In this document: one piece after another, positions 1-9,343 of the stretch
Layout: every line of letters starts with the position of its first letter
Numbering within the stretch: position 1 is the stretch's first letter
Assembly (NCBI RefSeq): GCF_001897375.1
Contig: NZ_MKSU01000002.1
Span: 29,040-93,039 of the forward strand
Length of the DNA stretch: 64,000 nt
Source: Sphingomonas sp. 67-36
GTDB taxonomy: Bacteria > Pseudomonadota > Alphaproteobacteria > Sphingomonadales > Sphingomonadaceae
Direction of reading: 5' to 3'
The notes under the pieces: model-generated
Database searches by the model: none
What the model saw: the letters and a program-made list of their open reading frames with translations, nothing else
What the model was told of the DNA's origin: nothing
Position numbers and translations under genes: made by a program

Positions 1-65
1 GCCCATGCAGGCGCGGCCAGAGCCAAAGCAATCCAGGACACGGAAACCAGACGCAACCCTTTCAT
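1..65 (-). CDS. 5' end of a CDS that runs off the left edge; signal-peptide-like N-terminus (MKGLRLVSVSWIALALAAPAW...)
   Basis: ATG at 65-63 on the minus strand with GGAGGA 6 nt upstream; hydrophobic core ending in A-x-A; absent from the ORF track because the window truncates it. Confidence 0.35.
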   Translation of the reverse strand, partial: MKGLRLVSVSWIALALAAPAW

Positions 66-408
66 ATACGATCCTCCCCATAATGCCGGGCTGTTTGCGC
101 CCGATCGGTAAGGAACTGGTCTCAAAATTCACCTTGAACGTCAAGATGACAAATTCATTCATTTCAAACTGCACGACTCTCCGCCTTGAATGCGTTCAGG
201 AGGGCGGCGGGTCGGACACCGGAAACGCATGCGCCCTTCGCTCCCGATTGCGAACGATAAGAAAAAAGCCCCATATGGGCGCTATAAACCGCTCAAATAC
301 TGACTTTTCGAAAAGAAGCCCCCGCCGCAATCAAAGGATCGGCGTCACAGCGCAGGCTTCCGATAAGAACGCCCGGGTTGCGTTTTCGAAACCGGATACG
401 CTATCAAC

Positions 409-423
409 ATGACAAATTGTCAT
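409..423. promoter_or_regulatory. 15 bp palindrome ATGACAAATTGTCAT, candidate TetR operator
   Basis: TGACA-N3-TGTCA inverted repeat over the first ATG of the TetR ORF. A half-site copy ATGACAAATTCAT lies at 146-158, and TGTCAAAGTGACA lies at 1251-1263 upstream of the monooxygenase gene. Confidence 0.4.
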
Positions 424-1185
424 TTCGTGGAGTCACTCCTCATGGACAGCCCGGCCAAGGCGACCCGGATACGCAAATCCCCGGCTCCAAAGACTGCCCC
501 CATACAGGTGCGGATGCCGGGCGAGGATCATCGCACGCGGGTGGGTAGGGAAAGGCGCGAGCGCATGCGCCGCCATCTGCTGCAGGCCGTCACTAGCGTC
601 TGCTCCGGCCGCAAGATCACCGGACCCGCCGTTATCGAGGATGTGGTGCAATACGCCAATGTATCGCGTGGCACCTTCTATAAATATTTCGATTCACTGG
701 AAGAAGCCATTTCGCAGCTCGCCTTTGAAATGGTCGATGAGATGGTGATATCGTCCTCGGAATATTATGGACGCCTGACCGATCCCGTCCAGCGCACCGC
801 GACCGGCTTTCAGGCTTATCTCGCCCGATCGATCATAGATCGCGACTGGGGCGGTTTCGTCACGCATCTCGACCTGTTCAGTAAGGACGATGTGCGCATC
901 CTCAACAATATCCGGCACGATATCGAGACAGGCATCAAAACGGGCGATTATTTCGTGCGCTCGGTCGATGTCGCCGTTGACCTGGTCATCGGCGCGACGA
1001 TCGAGGCGATTCGCAGGATCGTCGCCGACAATCGCGGCGTGGACTATATGACCGCCATGACCGAACTGGTGCTGAACGCCCTTGGCGTGTCGCATTCAAA
1101 GGCGGAAAAGGTGGTCCGGCAAGCCTATGACAGGCTGCGCGAGCTTGGCCCCGGGAGCTTGCCCTGGTGGCGCCCGCTCGAATAG
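409..1185 (+). CDS. TetR/AcrR-family transcriptional regulator
   Basis: N-terminal HTH signature VSRGTFYKYFDSLEEA. The true start may be the ATG at 442, because 409-423 is a palindrome (likely operator). Confidence 0.85.
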   Translation: MTNCHFVESLLMDSPAKATRIRKSPAPKTAPIQVRMPGEDHRTRVGRERRERMRRHLLQAVTSVCSGRKITGPAVIEDVVQYANVSRGTFYKYFDSLEEAISQLAFEMVDEMVISSSEYYGRLTDPVQRTATGFQAYLARSIIDRDWGGFVTHLDLFSKDDVRILNNIRHDIETGIKTGDYFVRSVDVAVDLVIGATIEAIRRIVADNRGVDYMTAMTELVLNALGVSHSKAEKVVRQAYDRLRELGPGSLPWWRPLE

Positions 1186-1297
1186 GAATCGCGCTTTTCC
1201 GCCCTTCCGGCGGTGCCCGCAAATGCGCATTGACTTGAATTGCCGCATGATGTCAAAGTGACACAATAGTCGATAATGAGAACGAGCGAGTGGATGC

Positions 1298-2887
1298 ATG
1301 TCCTCACATTTTGACGTGGTGCTTGTGGGTTATGGCCCGACGGCGCAGCTTCTCGCGGTCGCGCTCGGGCGGCAAGGCCGGTCGGTGGCCGTGGTCGAGC
1401 GCTGGGAGGAACGCTATCCCCTCCCTCGCGCCGTCCATATCGATCATGAGATTTTCCGCATCATCGCCGCGCAGGGCCTCGACGCGCCGCTCTCCGCCAT
1501 CTGCCACGGCGCCGCGAAATATCAGTGGTTCAACGCTGATTGGGAAGAGCTGCTCGTCATCGACTTGAGCGCACCGCCCGTTTCCGGCGGGCTGTCCGCC
1601 AACTACATCAACCAGCCCCTGCTGGAGGAAGTGCTCGACACTGGCGTGCGCGCGCAACCGGGGGTGCGGCTCTTCCTCGGGCGCGAGGCCATTTCGGTGG
1701 GGCAGAACGAGCAGGGCGCATGGGTCGAGGCGAAGCACGTCGCGACAGGGGAGACGGAGCGCTTCACCGGCCGCTATGTGATCGGTTGCGATGGCGCCAA
1801 CAGCCTCGTGCGCAATTATATCTCCGGCGGGGTCGAGGATCTTGGTTTTCAGGAACATTGGCTGGTCGTCGATGTCCTCCTGAAGGACGGCGTGACCGTG
1901 GAGGGCCTCGGGCTCCCCGAAAGCGGCCAATATTGCAATCCCGAGCGGCCCACCACCATCGTCCCCGCCGGGATCGACAAGGATGGCCGCCTGTTCCGGC
2001 GCTGGGAATTCATGAAGCTGCCCGGCGAAGCGATCGAGGATCTCGAAAGCGAGGCAAAGGTCTGGGAATTGCTCGACCGCTGGGCCCGGCCGGATCAAGT
2101 CGAGCTGGTGCGGCACAGGACCTATAATTTCCGGTCGCTGATTTCCAACCAGTGGCGCGACCGGCGCGTCATGATCGCCGGCGACGCCGCCCATCTGACG
2201 CCGCCCTTCCTCGGGCAGGGGCTGTGCTCGGGCATCCGCGATTCCTGGAACCTCGCATGGCGGCTGGCGCTGGCGCTCGACGACAATGCGACGGACGCGA
2301 TTTTCGAGGATTATACGCGGGAACGCTATCCGCATGTGCGGCAGATGATCGAGATGGCGGTCTATCTGGGCGAGGTCATCTGCCTCGCCGACCCGGCCGA
2401 GGCGGCGAAGCGCGATGCCGCCTTCGCCAGCGGCGCCTATCCGCCCTTTCCGGATTATCCCTGCCTCACCACCGGCCTGTTGCACCGGCTTGACGACGGC
2501 AGGCTCCAGCCGGGCGCCGGCCTGCTCGGCCCGCATGCGATCATCGAGCGCGACGGCAAGGCGGCGCGCATGGATTCGGTGTTCGGGCCGGGCTTCCTGC
2601 TGGTGCTGCGCGGGCTGGACCCCGCCGCGATCCCCGCGCGGGCGCAGGACATACTGAACCGGATCGGCGGCCAGATCCTGCTGCTCGGCGAAGAGGCGGG
2701 CGCATGGCGCGATTGCGAGGGCCGCATAACCGGCTTCCTCGATCGGCGGGACTGGTCGGCGATGGTCGTCCGTCCGGATTTCTATGTCTATGGCGGCGCG
2801 GCGTCGGGAGAGGAACTAGGCGCGCTGCTGGAGGATTTCGCAAACGATCTCGCCGATGCCGGGCTGGCGGTGCCCGACATGGCATAG
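1298..2887 (+). CDS. FAD-dependent aromatic-ring monooxygenase (MhpA / 3-hydroxyphenylpropionate hydroxylase-like)
   Basis: N-terminal dinucleotide fold VVLVGYGPTAQLLAVALGRQGRSVAVVE, GCDGANSLVR, and AGDAAHLTPPFLGQGLCSGIRD (GD motif). Confidence 0.85.
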   Translation: MSSHFDVVLVGYGPTAQLLAVALGRQGRSVAVVERWEERYPLPRAVHIDHEIFRIIAAQGLDAPLSAICHGAAKYQWFNADWEELLVIDLSAPPVSGGLSANYINQPLLEEVLDTGVRAQPGVRLFLGREAISVGQNEQGAWVEAKHVATGETERFTGRYVIGCDGANSLVRNYISGGVEDLGFQEHWLVVDVLLKDGVTVEGLGLPESGQYCNPERPTTIVPAGIDKDGRLFRRWEFMKLPGEAIEDLESEAKVWELLDRWARPDQVELVRHRTYNFRSLISNQWRDRRVMIAGDAAHLTPPFLGQGLCSGIRDSWNLAWRLALALDDNATDAIFEDYTRERYPHVRQMIEMAVYLGEVICLADPAEAAKRDAAFASGAYPPFPDYPCLTTGLLHRLDDGRLQPGAGLLGPHAIIERDGKAARMDSVFGPGFLLVLRGLDPAAIPARAQDILNRIGGQILLLGEEAGAWRDCEGRITGFLDRRDWSAMVVRPDFYVYGGAASGEELGALLEDFANDLADAGLAVPDMA

Positions 2888-3021
2888 GAAAAGCGCGCCA
2901 CCGCCGCCGGAGCATATCGCTTTTCCGCAGGGGCCAGTGACAATCGAACCGGACGAAGGACCGCGCGGCGCGACATGCTTTCGCTCGCCCGGAAAACAGG
3001 ACTGATGAAGGAGAGGCTGAC

Positions 3022-4230
3022 ATGGCCATGACCGATGCCCCCACCTTGCAGAAAGCACCCGTCTATGAAGGCGATTTCTGGAGCGATGAGGTTATTCTCA
3101 ACCCCTATCCCGCCTATCGCGAATTGCGCGCGCTGGGGCCCGTTATCTGGATGGAGCGGCACAATACGTTCGCCCTTACCCATCATGCCAGCGTGAAGAA
3201 CGGCCTGCTCAACGCGGCGGTCTATTCCTCCGCCCATGGCACGACGATGAACGAGCCGACCAACGCCGCCGCCAAGGGCACGATGCTCAACAGCGACGAT
3301 CCGGAGCATCTGGCGAGGCGGCGGCTGTTCCAGAAGCCGCTGATGCCCAAGGCGCTTGTCGAGCTGAAGGACCGGCTCGCCCAGCTTGCCAACGGGCGCG
3401 TGGAGGAACTGGTCGCAAAGGGCAGCTTCGACGCGGTCAAGGACCTCGCGCATTTCCTGCCGTTGTCGATCGTCGTCGAGCTGGTCGGGCTCGATGCGGA
3501 AGGCCGCGAGCATATGCTCGATTGGGCCGCGGCGATCTTCAACGCCTTCGGCCCGATCGACAAACCGCGCACGCGCGAAGGCATGCAGGTCACGCAATAT
3601 GTCGTCGACTATGTGATGAACCGGCTCGAACGCCGCAATCTAGTGCCGACCGGCTGGGGCGAAGCGCTGTTCGCTGCGCATGACCGTGGCGAGATCAGCG
3701 AGTTGACCGCGCGCATGATGCTGATCGATTATCTCTCCCCCGCGCTCGACACCACCATCAACGCGACCAGCGCCGCCATAGAGCTGTTCGCGAAGAACCC
3801 GGAGCAGTGGGACATATTGCGCGCCGATCCCTTGCTGATCCCCCATGCGATCGACGAGGTGATCCGCCTCGAATCGCCGATCCGCGCCTTCTCGCGGCTG
3901 ACGCTGACCGATCATGAGGAATGCGGTGTCGCCATCCCTGAAAATTCGCGCGTGCTGATGCTCTACGCTTGCGCCAACCGGGACGAGGCCCGCTTCGAGG
4001 ACGCGGAGCGTTTCGACATCACACGCAAGCCAGGCGATCATCTCGGCTTCGGCATGGGGACGCATCTTTGCGCGGGCAAGCATCTCGCCAGGCTGGAAAT
4101 CTCGCTCATCGTCGAAGCGCTACTGAAGCATGTGGCGAAGTTCGAAGTGATCGAGGCGGAGCGCCGCCCGCACAACACGCTGCGCGGCCTCCACCGGCTC
4201 GACGTGCGGATTGAGCGGCTGAATGCCTGA
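3022..4230 (+). CDS. cytochrome P450
   Basis: Heme-thiolate loop FGMGTHLCAGKHLARLE, ExxR (EVIRLESPIR), length 402 aa. Confidence 0.9.
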   Translation: MAMTDAPTLQKAPVYEGDFWSDEVILNPYPAYRELRALGPVIWMERHNTFALTHHASVKNGLLNAAVYSSAHGTTMNEPTNAAAKGTMLNSDDPEHLARRRLFQKPLMPKALVELKDRLAQLANGRVEELVAKGSFDAVKDLAHFLPLSIVVELVGLDAEGREHMLDWAAAIFNAFGPIDKPRTREGMQVTQYVVDYVMNRLERRNLVPTGWGEALFAAHDRGEISELTARMMLIDYLSPALDTTINATSAAIELFAKNPEQWDILRADPLLIPHAIDEVIRLESPIRAFSRLTLTDHEECGVAIPENSRVLMLYACANRDEARFEDAERFDITRKPGDHLGFGMGTHLCAGKHLARLEISLIVEALLKHVAKFEVIEAERRPHNTLRGLHRLDVRIERLNA

Positions 4231-4903
4231 GCCGCGCTTCCTTTTCCGGCGAGGACGCCTACGCCAAGGCGGAGTTGTCTCCGTTCACTGGTAAACCGGC
4301 TCCACTCATCGGCATCAAGCGGCTTGCGGCCGAGGCACTCGGCCGGTTCGGCAAGACTGTCGAAGCATCCAGGTTCGAGCAGGCCTACAACAGCGGTCGC
4401 TCGACGCAGGTTCCCACCGGACGCACCTTAGCCGTGAAGGACAGAGTTTGTCGTCGCATAGGATATGATGGCAACTATGTCGTTCTGGAACGGACCTGAC
4501 GGATACACATCAGGCCGCGTCGCCGGTGCGCTTGCTGTCGATGAAGCTTTCGTCGAGACCGTTCTCTGTGTGGGAGTTCGCATTGGTGCATCGTGGGTAG
4601 CGTGCCGTTGCGACCCTGGACTATCCGGCGATCCGGCTGAGCGAGGACGTGCTGCGGCAGGGTGAGGCCAGCGTGCTGCTGAATCAAGGCGGGATCAATG
4701 CCGGGACCACCCGCGCTGAAGGGATTCGGAAGGCTTAGCTCCCCGGCTGGGGAATGCATCCCCTCGAAACATTCTATTCCGGTCAGCGAAAACAGCGCGC
4801 CGACCTCTCCAAAGAAAATGGACGACGGGTGGACGATGCCACGAAAATGGAACAGAAAGGAGTTGCGGCCCTTCCCGTAAACAGATGATTTTACTGGAAA
4901 AAA

Positions 4904-4948
4904 TGGAGCGGGCGAAGGGATTCGAACCCTCGACCCCAACCTTGGCAA
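4904..4948. repeat. 45 bp direct repeat, a copy of the 3' end of tRNA-Gly (distal att site of the island)
   Basis: TGGAGCGGGCGAAGGGATTCGAACCCTCGACCCCAACCTTGGCAA is identical to 34222-34266 in the same orientation; the tRNA 5' half is absent here. Confidence 0.85.
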
Positions 4949-5185
4949 AATTGCGTACAAACTATCCCAATTGAGGATAGCCAGAAAATGACATTTTGTC
5001 AAGATACTTCAAAGGGATAGATGCATCCAACTCTATCGTAGCCCGCCGCAGCCTCAGCAAGGTTGGCGTATACAATTTAAGGGGCCGCCGGCAACGGTCG
5101 GGAAAACTTTTTGCCCCCTTAGATGATCTCCCGCCGGCGCATCCGCGGTCCATTTATTAAAGCTCGGAAGAATCGTTTTGAGGAT

Positions 5186-5292
5186 CGTTATTCCGCTCTT
5201 TGATCATCAAAGTAGCGGAATAACGCTTGCATTTTGTTCAACCTCATAGTATCGGAATATCGCACATCTATGCTTTGATGATCGGAATTCCG
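5186..5292. promoter_or_regulatory. operator/promoter region of hipBA-1
   Basis: Near-perfect 40 bp palindrome CGTTATTCCGCTCTTTGATCATCAAAGTAGCGGAATAACG (5186-5225), plus two further ATCGGAAT half-sites at 5251-5258 and 5281-5288 and a second CTTTGAT at 5273-5279. Confidence 0.5.
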
Positions 5293-5293
5293 T

Positions 5294-5644
5294 ATGCCAG
5301 AATCGGTCTTCAACATGCTGGGCTCTCAGCTCCGCGCGGCACGGATGCAGCGCGGACTAAGCCAACCTGCGCTGGCTGCGCGGCTCGGCCGCAATCGGGC
5401 TCGCATCTCGGAACTGGAGCGCGATCTCGCAAACGATCGCTGGGGCCGCGACAGACTCACGCTGTTCGCAGAGATTTGTGACGCACTCGACCTTGTCCCC
5501 ATCCTGACACCTCGTTCGCGTGCTGCGGAAATCCGTGCGCTGGTCGGGGGAAGGGATCAAAGCACGCCGCGCGCCCATCCGGCACGCACCGCATATGATG
5601 AGCTCTTCGTCGATCTCGGAGAGGACGAAGGAGGAGAGGCCTGA
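5294..5644 (+). CDS. hipB: XRE-family HTH antitoxin (HipB-like), module 1
   Basis: HTH LRAARMQRGLSQPALAARLGRNRARISELE. The stop TGA overlaps the hipA ATG (TGATG at 5642-5646). An alternative start is at 5315. Confidence 0.75.
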   Translation: MPESVFNMLGSQLRAARMQRGLSQPALAARLGRNRARISELERDLANDRWGRDRLTLFAEICDALDLVPILTPRSRAAEIRALVGGRDQSTPRAHPARTAYDELFVDLGEDEGGEA

Positions 5645-6927
5645 TGGCCAAGGTTCCAGCCATCCTCGGCGTTCATCTGCTGGACGAGGCGCGCGGTCCC
5701 GTGCGGGTGGGTACGTTGGCTCGGGATGCCGATGGCGGGGTCGCCTTCGCGGTCGCCGAATCCTACCTCCGTGACCCCGCCAGGCCGATCCTGAGCCTCG
5801 GTTGGTACGATCCCGACAGCGAGGACGGTACACGTGACCGGCTGGCGGCCCGGCGGGACAAGATCGGCCTGCATGGCTCGCTGCCGCCCTGGTTCTCGGG
5901 GTTGCTACCCGAAGGCGCGCTCCGCGAACTCGTCCTCAGCGAAATGGGGCCTGGTGACCATGACCAGTTCGACGTGCTGACCCGGCTCGGCGCCGACCTT
6001 CCCGGTGCGGTGCTGGTCGTCCCGGAAACGGGTATCCCGCCCTCCGCGGGACCTGTCACGCTGGAGACCATCGCAGGTTTCCAGGCGCCCCTTCCCGACG
6101 GAACAGTCAAATTCTCGCTGGCGGGCATCCAGCTCAAATTCACCGCCAACCCCGATGGTGACCGCCTGACCGTTCCGGGGCGTGGCGCCACAGGCCGCTG
6201 CATCATCAAGGCGCCGAGCGATCGCTTCCCCGGTCTGCCTGAAGCCGAATATGGCGCGATGCGTCTCGCCGAGATGATCGGCGTCAGAACCGCGCCCTGT
6301 CGTCTTGTCCCGCGAGACGCCATCGCGGGCATACCGCCGGAACTTCTCGCTCATGGCGGGAACGTCCTGGCCGTCGATCGTTTCGATCGCACGGCCGAGG
6401 GCCAGCGCATTCACATCGAGGATGCCGGCCAGATCGTCGGCGCGGTTGGCGACCGAAAATATACGATGGCCACCACCGAGACGGTCATCAACATGATCCG
6501 CCGCTTCAGCACGGATCGCCGCGACGACATATTGGAAGCGGTGCGGCGGATCGTCGCGGACGTGCTGCTCGGGAATGGCGACAACCACCTCAAGAACTGG
6601 TCGTTCATCTTTCCAGAGCCCGGACAGGTCCGCCTGTCACCAGCTTATGACATCGTGCCGACCTTCCTCTTTATCCCGGGCGACAGGATGGCGCTGCGTT
6701 TCGTGGGGACGCACCAGTTCGAGATCGTCAACCTGCATCGGTTCGAACGGGTGGCGAGCTTCGTCCAGGTCGATCCCAAATGGATCGCGCGCGAAGTCAA
6801 AGCTACCGTGCAGCGGGCCCTGGATCTCTGGCCGATGGCCGCGCCGGAACTGTTGGGTGAGGAGCGCGGCAATCGGATCATCGAACGGCTATCGACGCTG
6901 CAACTCGTCCGTGAAACCAGAGCATAA
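5644..6927 (+). CDS. hipA: HipA-family Ser/Thr kinase toxin, module 1
   Basis: SLAGIQLKF (equivalent to the SLAGAQxK motif), GNGDNHLKNWSF catalytic loop, 427 aa with the N-terminal HipA coupling region. Confidence 0.85.
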   Translation: MAKVPAILGVHLLDEARGPVRVGTLARDADGGVAFAVAESYLRDPARPILSLGWYDPDSEDGTRDRLAARRDKIGLHGSLPPWFSGLLPEGALRELVLSEMGPGDHDQFDVLTRLGADLPGAVLVVPETGIPPSAGPVTLETIAGFQAPLPDGTVKFSLAGIQLKFTANPDGDRLTVPGRGATGRCIIKAPSDRFPGLPEAEYGAMRLAEMIGVRTAPCRLVPRDAIAGIPPELLAHGGNVLAVDRFDRTAEGQRIHIEDAGQIVGAVGDRKYTMATTETVINMIRRFSTDRRDDILEAVRRIVADVLLGNGDNHLKNWSFIFPEPGQVRLSPAYDIVPTFLFIPGDRMALRFVGTHQFEIVNLHRFERVASFVQVDPKWIAREVKATVQRALDLWPMAAPELLGEERGNRIIERLSTLQLVRETRA

Positions 6928-6933
6928 GTCCGC

Positions 6934-8640
6934 TCATGCCGCCTCCCAAACCTGATTGAGCACCTGCGCGGCCAACGCCGCTTTGTCCTGCGGAAGGAAG
7001 CGGGCATAATGTCTCGCAACCACATCGGGTGTGTCCTGAATGGCATAGCTTGCCTGCTCATAGGAGCCGGTCTTTTTCAGGGTATGCGTCGCGAGCACGT
7101 CTCGAACACTGTGCGGACCGTGAGGTAAAAGCCCCTTGATAGCCCCCCGCCCCGTATAGGGATTATAGATTCCGTATCGTTGGATAATCAGGCGCCAGGC
7201 TTCGTAGAAGCTGTTCTGGTCATAGGCGGCTTCTCTGCTGGTCCGTTTCACGGTCTTCACGAAAAATGTGCCGGGGTCGGCAAAACCGCCAAGCAGTATC
7301 GATCGATCCCGGCGGATGTAGGTTTCGATATAACCGTAGAGCCCCTCCAGATCGGGAAGGCGGAACTGGAAGGGACGTCTGGCAAAGAAGGACGAGCCGG
7401 CGTTCTTGAACGCTACGGCCGGGATGAACACCTCCCATATGCCTTCACGCTCAAGCCAGCGCAGTTCTCCGCATTTCCGAAGCTCCAACTGGCGCTCCGG
7501 CGTCGGCGGATGGCCCGGAAGACACAACAGAAGCTGCCGCAGATTCTTCTGACGCAATCCGAGGTGAAGACCCAGACGCAGCATCAATATCGATCGGACG
7601 GCTTCGGCCGCCGCCAACGGGTAGCGATCCGCGTCGGGCATCAAGCGAATGATCTCCTGAACGATGAGACGATATTCTCCGAGCGGACTCTCCGCTTCGA
7701 GGATTGGCAAGATCGGTTCGAAAGGATCGCGATGGACGCGGGCGACTCTTCGGATTTCGCCCGCGCGAGCAAAGCCGTATCGATAGAAAGCATCGCAAGC
7801 TCCGTCCCAGTCAGCCTGCACGGCGGCGATATCGGTTGGCGTGATCAGACCGGGGATGGGACGGACACGGTCGGCAAGCTCGGAATGCTGACGTAACCAG
7901 CCCGTTCCTGCGCCGGTCAGCGCCAGGCCAAGTTGCAGCATATTGGCTTCCCAGGCGGTGAAGAAGCCGCGGCGGCGCTCCCGCCATTGGAAATACCAGT
8001 CCCAGACCGCAGGAAAAATCAACAAGCCCATGGCCAGGCTCGCGCGTGGCACACCTGCGCCCGCGACCGGGGAAGACGGCGATGACGCCAGCGCGCCGAA
8101 CAACAGTCCGAGATATTCGACCTGCTGCATGGCCGTCTGCTCGTTCCAAACGCCGCTGCGCAGATATCCTATCTCCGTAAGCGTGGCGGTCTTGAAGCCG
8201 ACAAATCGGGCGACTTCTTTTGCAAGGCCTGCGGGTGCGTCCTTGCTCGCCGCGACCAGTTCGCACTCGACGTCGTCCAGCGGGTTGCGATCTTCATCGT
8301 CAGGCTTGTGGACCAACGATGGCTTTCGGCCCGTAAGTTCGGGAAAGCGCAGTGCGTATCGCTGTTTGAGCGCCTGAGCCTGAAACCGGCGGTACTCGGT
8401 TGAGCCGGCTATGATGACACGCCGAATCCATGCCACGATCTCGGCACGCTCGGTCGGAGACCGCCTGTCGAAATCATCCGGCAAATGCCAGGCAAGCCGC
8501 CGTCGCTCGGATGGTGAAACATCCTCAAGCTTCCGATGACCGCGCGCCGCATGCGCGCGATTGGGAAGCTTTGCTCGAAAATAACCGGCCGGCAGTTGAT
8601 AACGCCGTTCGATCCGAGTCAGCATATCCAGGCCTGGCAA
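6934..8640 (-). CDS. tyrosine recombinase / site-specific integrase (catalytic part)
   Basis: C-terminal HSVRDVLATH (HxxR) and VARHY (catalytic Tyr). The ORF only opens with a TTG at 8640, directly after an in-frame TGA. Confidence 0.8.
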   Translation of the reverse strand: MPGLDMLTRIERRYQLPAGYFRAKLPNRAHAARGHRKLEDVSPSERRRLAWHLPDDFDRRSPTERAEIVAWIRRVIIAGSTEYRRFQAQALKQRYALRFPELTGRKPSLVHKPDDEDRNPLDDVECELVAASKDAPAGLAKEVARFVGFKTATLTEIGYLRSGVWNEQTAMQQVEYLGLLFGALASSPSSPVAGAGVPRASLAMGLLIFPAVWDWYFQWRERRRGFFTAWEANMLQLGLALTGAGTGWLRQHSELADRVRPIPGLITPTDIAAVQADWDGACDAFYRYGFARAGEIRRVARVHRDPFEPILPILEAESPLGEYRLIVQEIIRLMPDADRYPLAAAEAVRSILMLRLGLHLGLRQKNLRQLLLCLPGHPPTPERQLELRKCGELRWLEREGIWEVFIPAVAFKNAGSSFFARRPFQFRLPDLEGLYGYIETYIRRDRSILLGGFADPGTFFVKTVKRTSREAAYDQNSFYEAWRLIIQRYGIYNPYTGRGAIKGLLPHGPHSVRDVLATHTLKKTGSYEQASYAIQDTPDVVARHYARFLPQDKAALAAQVLNQVWEAA

Positions 8641-8920
8641 GCGTGCGGGGTGTTTTCAGACCCGCGGCCCATCGGGCGATTGTCTTCCGGTCGGTGCGAT
8701 CTTCCGGCTCGGAGATTGCCTTGAGCAGTCGGCCGGCGGTTTCTCCATGTCGCGCCATGTGCAGCGTGAGCGCCTCGTGGAAGGTGGCAGGGTCTTTCCA
8801 CGACAGAGATCGCGGCTTGGGGAACTCGACGATTGGAAGAGGTTTGCGACCGGGCTTGGATGGCTGGACTTGGGATTCTCTAATTGCCTTCTTTCGTAAA
8901 GGCTTACGCGTAAAACTCAT
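8525..8920 (-). pseudogene. N-terminal HTH segment of the same integrase in another frame (probable 1-nt frameshift near 8625-8650)
   Basis: MSFTRKP...LTLHMARHGETAGRLLKAI...DRKTIARWAAGLKTPRTLA reads on naturally into LDMLTRIERRYQLPAGYF of the 6934-8640 frame. After the junction this frame turns into low-complexity S/A/R sequence. Confidence 0.55.
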
Positions 8921-9019
8921 ATAACTGAAATCGGCCTCTCTTGAATCGGGCCGAGCGCTTAACAGGGTGGGCTTCGTTGCAGAACCATAAGAAGCGGGGA
9001 AGAGGATCAGCCTAAAATT

Positions 9020-9138
9020 CTTCCCGATCGGGAAGATTGGACTTGTGAGGCATGCCGCTCCGATCAAATCATCCCGATCGGTAAGAATCCCTCTTGCAAA
9101 TCCACCTCGCTTATATGATCTTCCCGATCGGTAAGAAG
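9020..9138. promoter_or_regulatory. operator array of hipBA-2: three palindromic boxes phased exactly 50 bp apart
   Basis: TTCCCGATCGGGAAG (9021-9035), ATCCCGATCGGTAAG (9071-9085) and TTCCCGATCGGTAAG (9121-9135). A degenerate fourth copy TTCGATCGGCAGAAG lies at 9144-9158, just inside hipB. Confidence 0.55.
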
Positions 9139-9139
9139 C

Positions 9140-9340
9140 ATGGTTCGATCGGCAGAAGAATTCGGCGCGGCGGTTACGCAGGCACGCAAGACTCTGGGGT
9201 TGACCCAGCGCGAGCTGGCGCTTGCCATCAACAGCGGCGAACGTTTCATTGTCGACCTTGAGGCGGGCAAGCCCACGGCGCAGCTTGGGAAGGCCCTGGC
9301 TGCCGCCCACGCTGTCGGGCTGCATCTGACGCTGGGCTGA
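9140..9340 (+). CDS. hipB: XRE-family HTH antitoxin (HipB-like), module 2
   Basis: ARKTLGLTQRELALAINSGERFIVDLEAG HTH; 66 aa; lies 3 nt upstream of hipA-2. Confidence 0.8.
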   Translation: MVRSAEEFGAAVTQARKTLGLTQRELALAINSGERFIVDLEAGKPTAQLGKALAAAHAVGLHLTLG

Positions 9341-9343
9341 TCG

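Noticed and set aside
5-412. 135 aa plus-strand ORF at the left edge
   Set aside because: The region is AT-rich and promoter-like, with no codon bias. It overlaps the better-supported minus-strand signal-peptide start at 65 and the TetR operator region.
4904-4948. Possible second tRNA gene
   Set aside because: Only the 3' 45 nt (half the anticodon stem, T-arm, acceptor 3' strand, CCA) are present. Upstream sequence diverges and cannot form a D-arm or acceptor stem. It is an att-site duplicate, not a gene.
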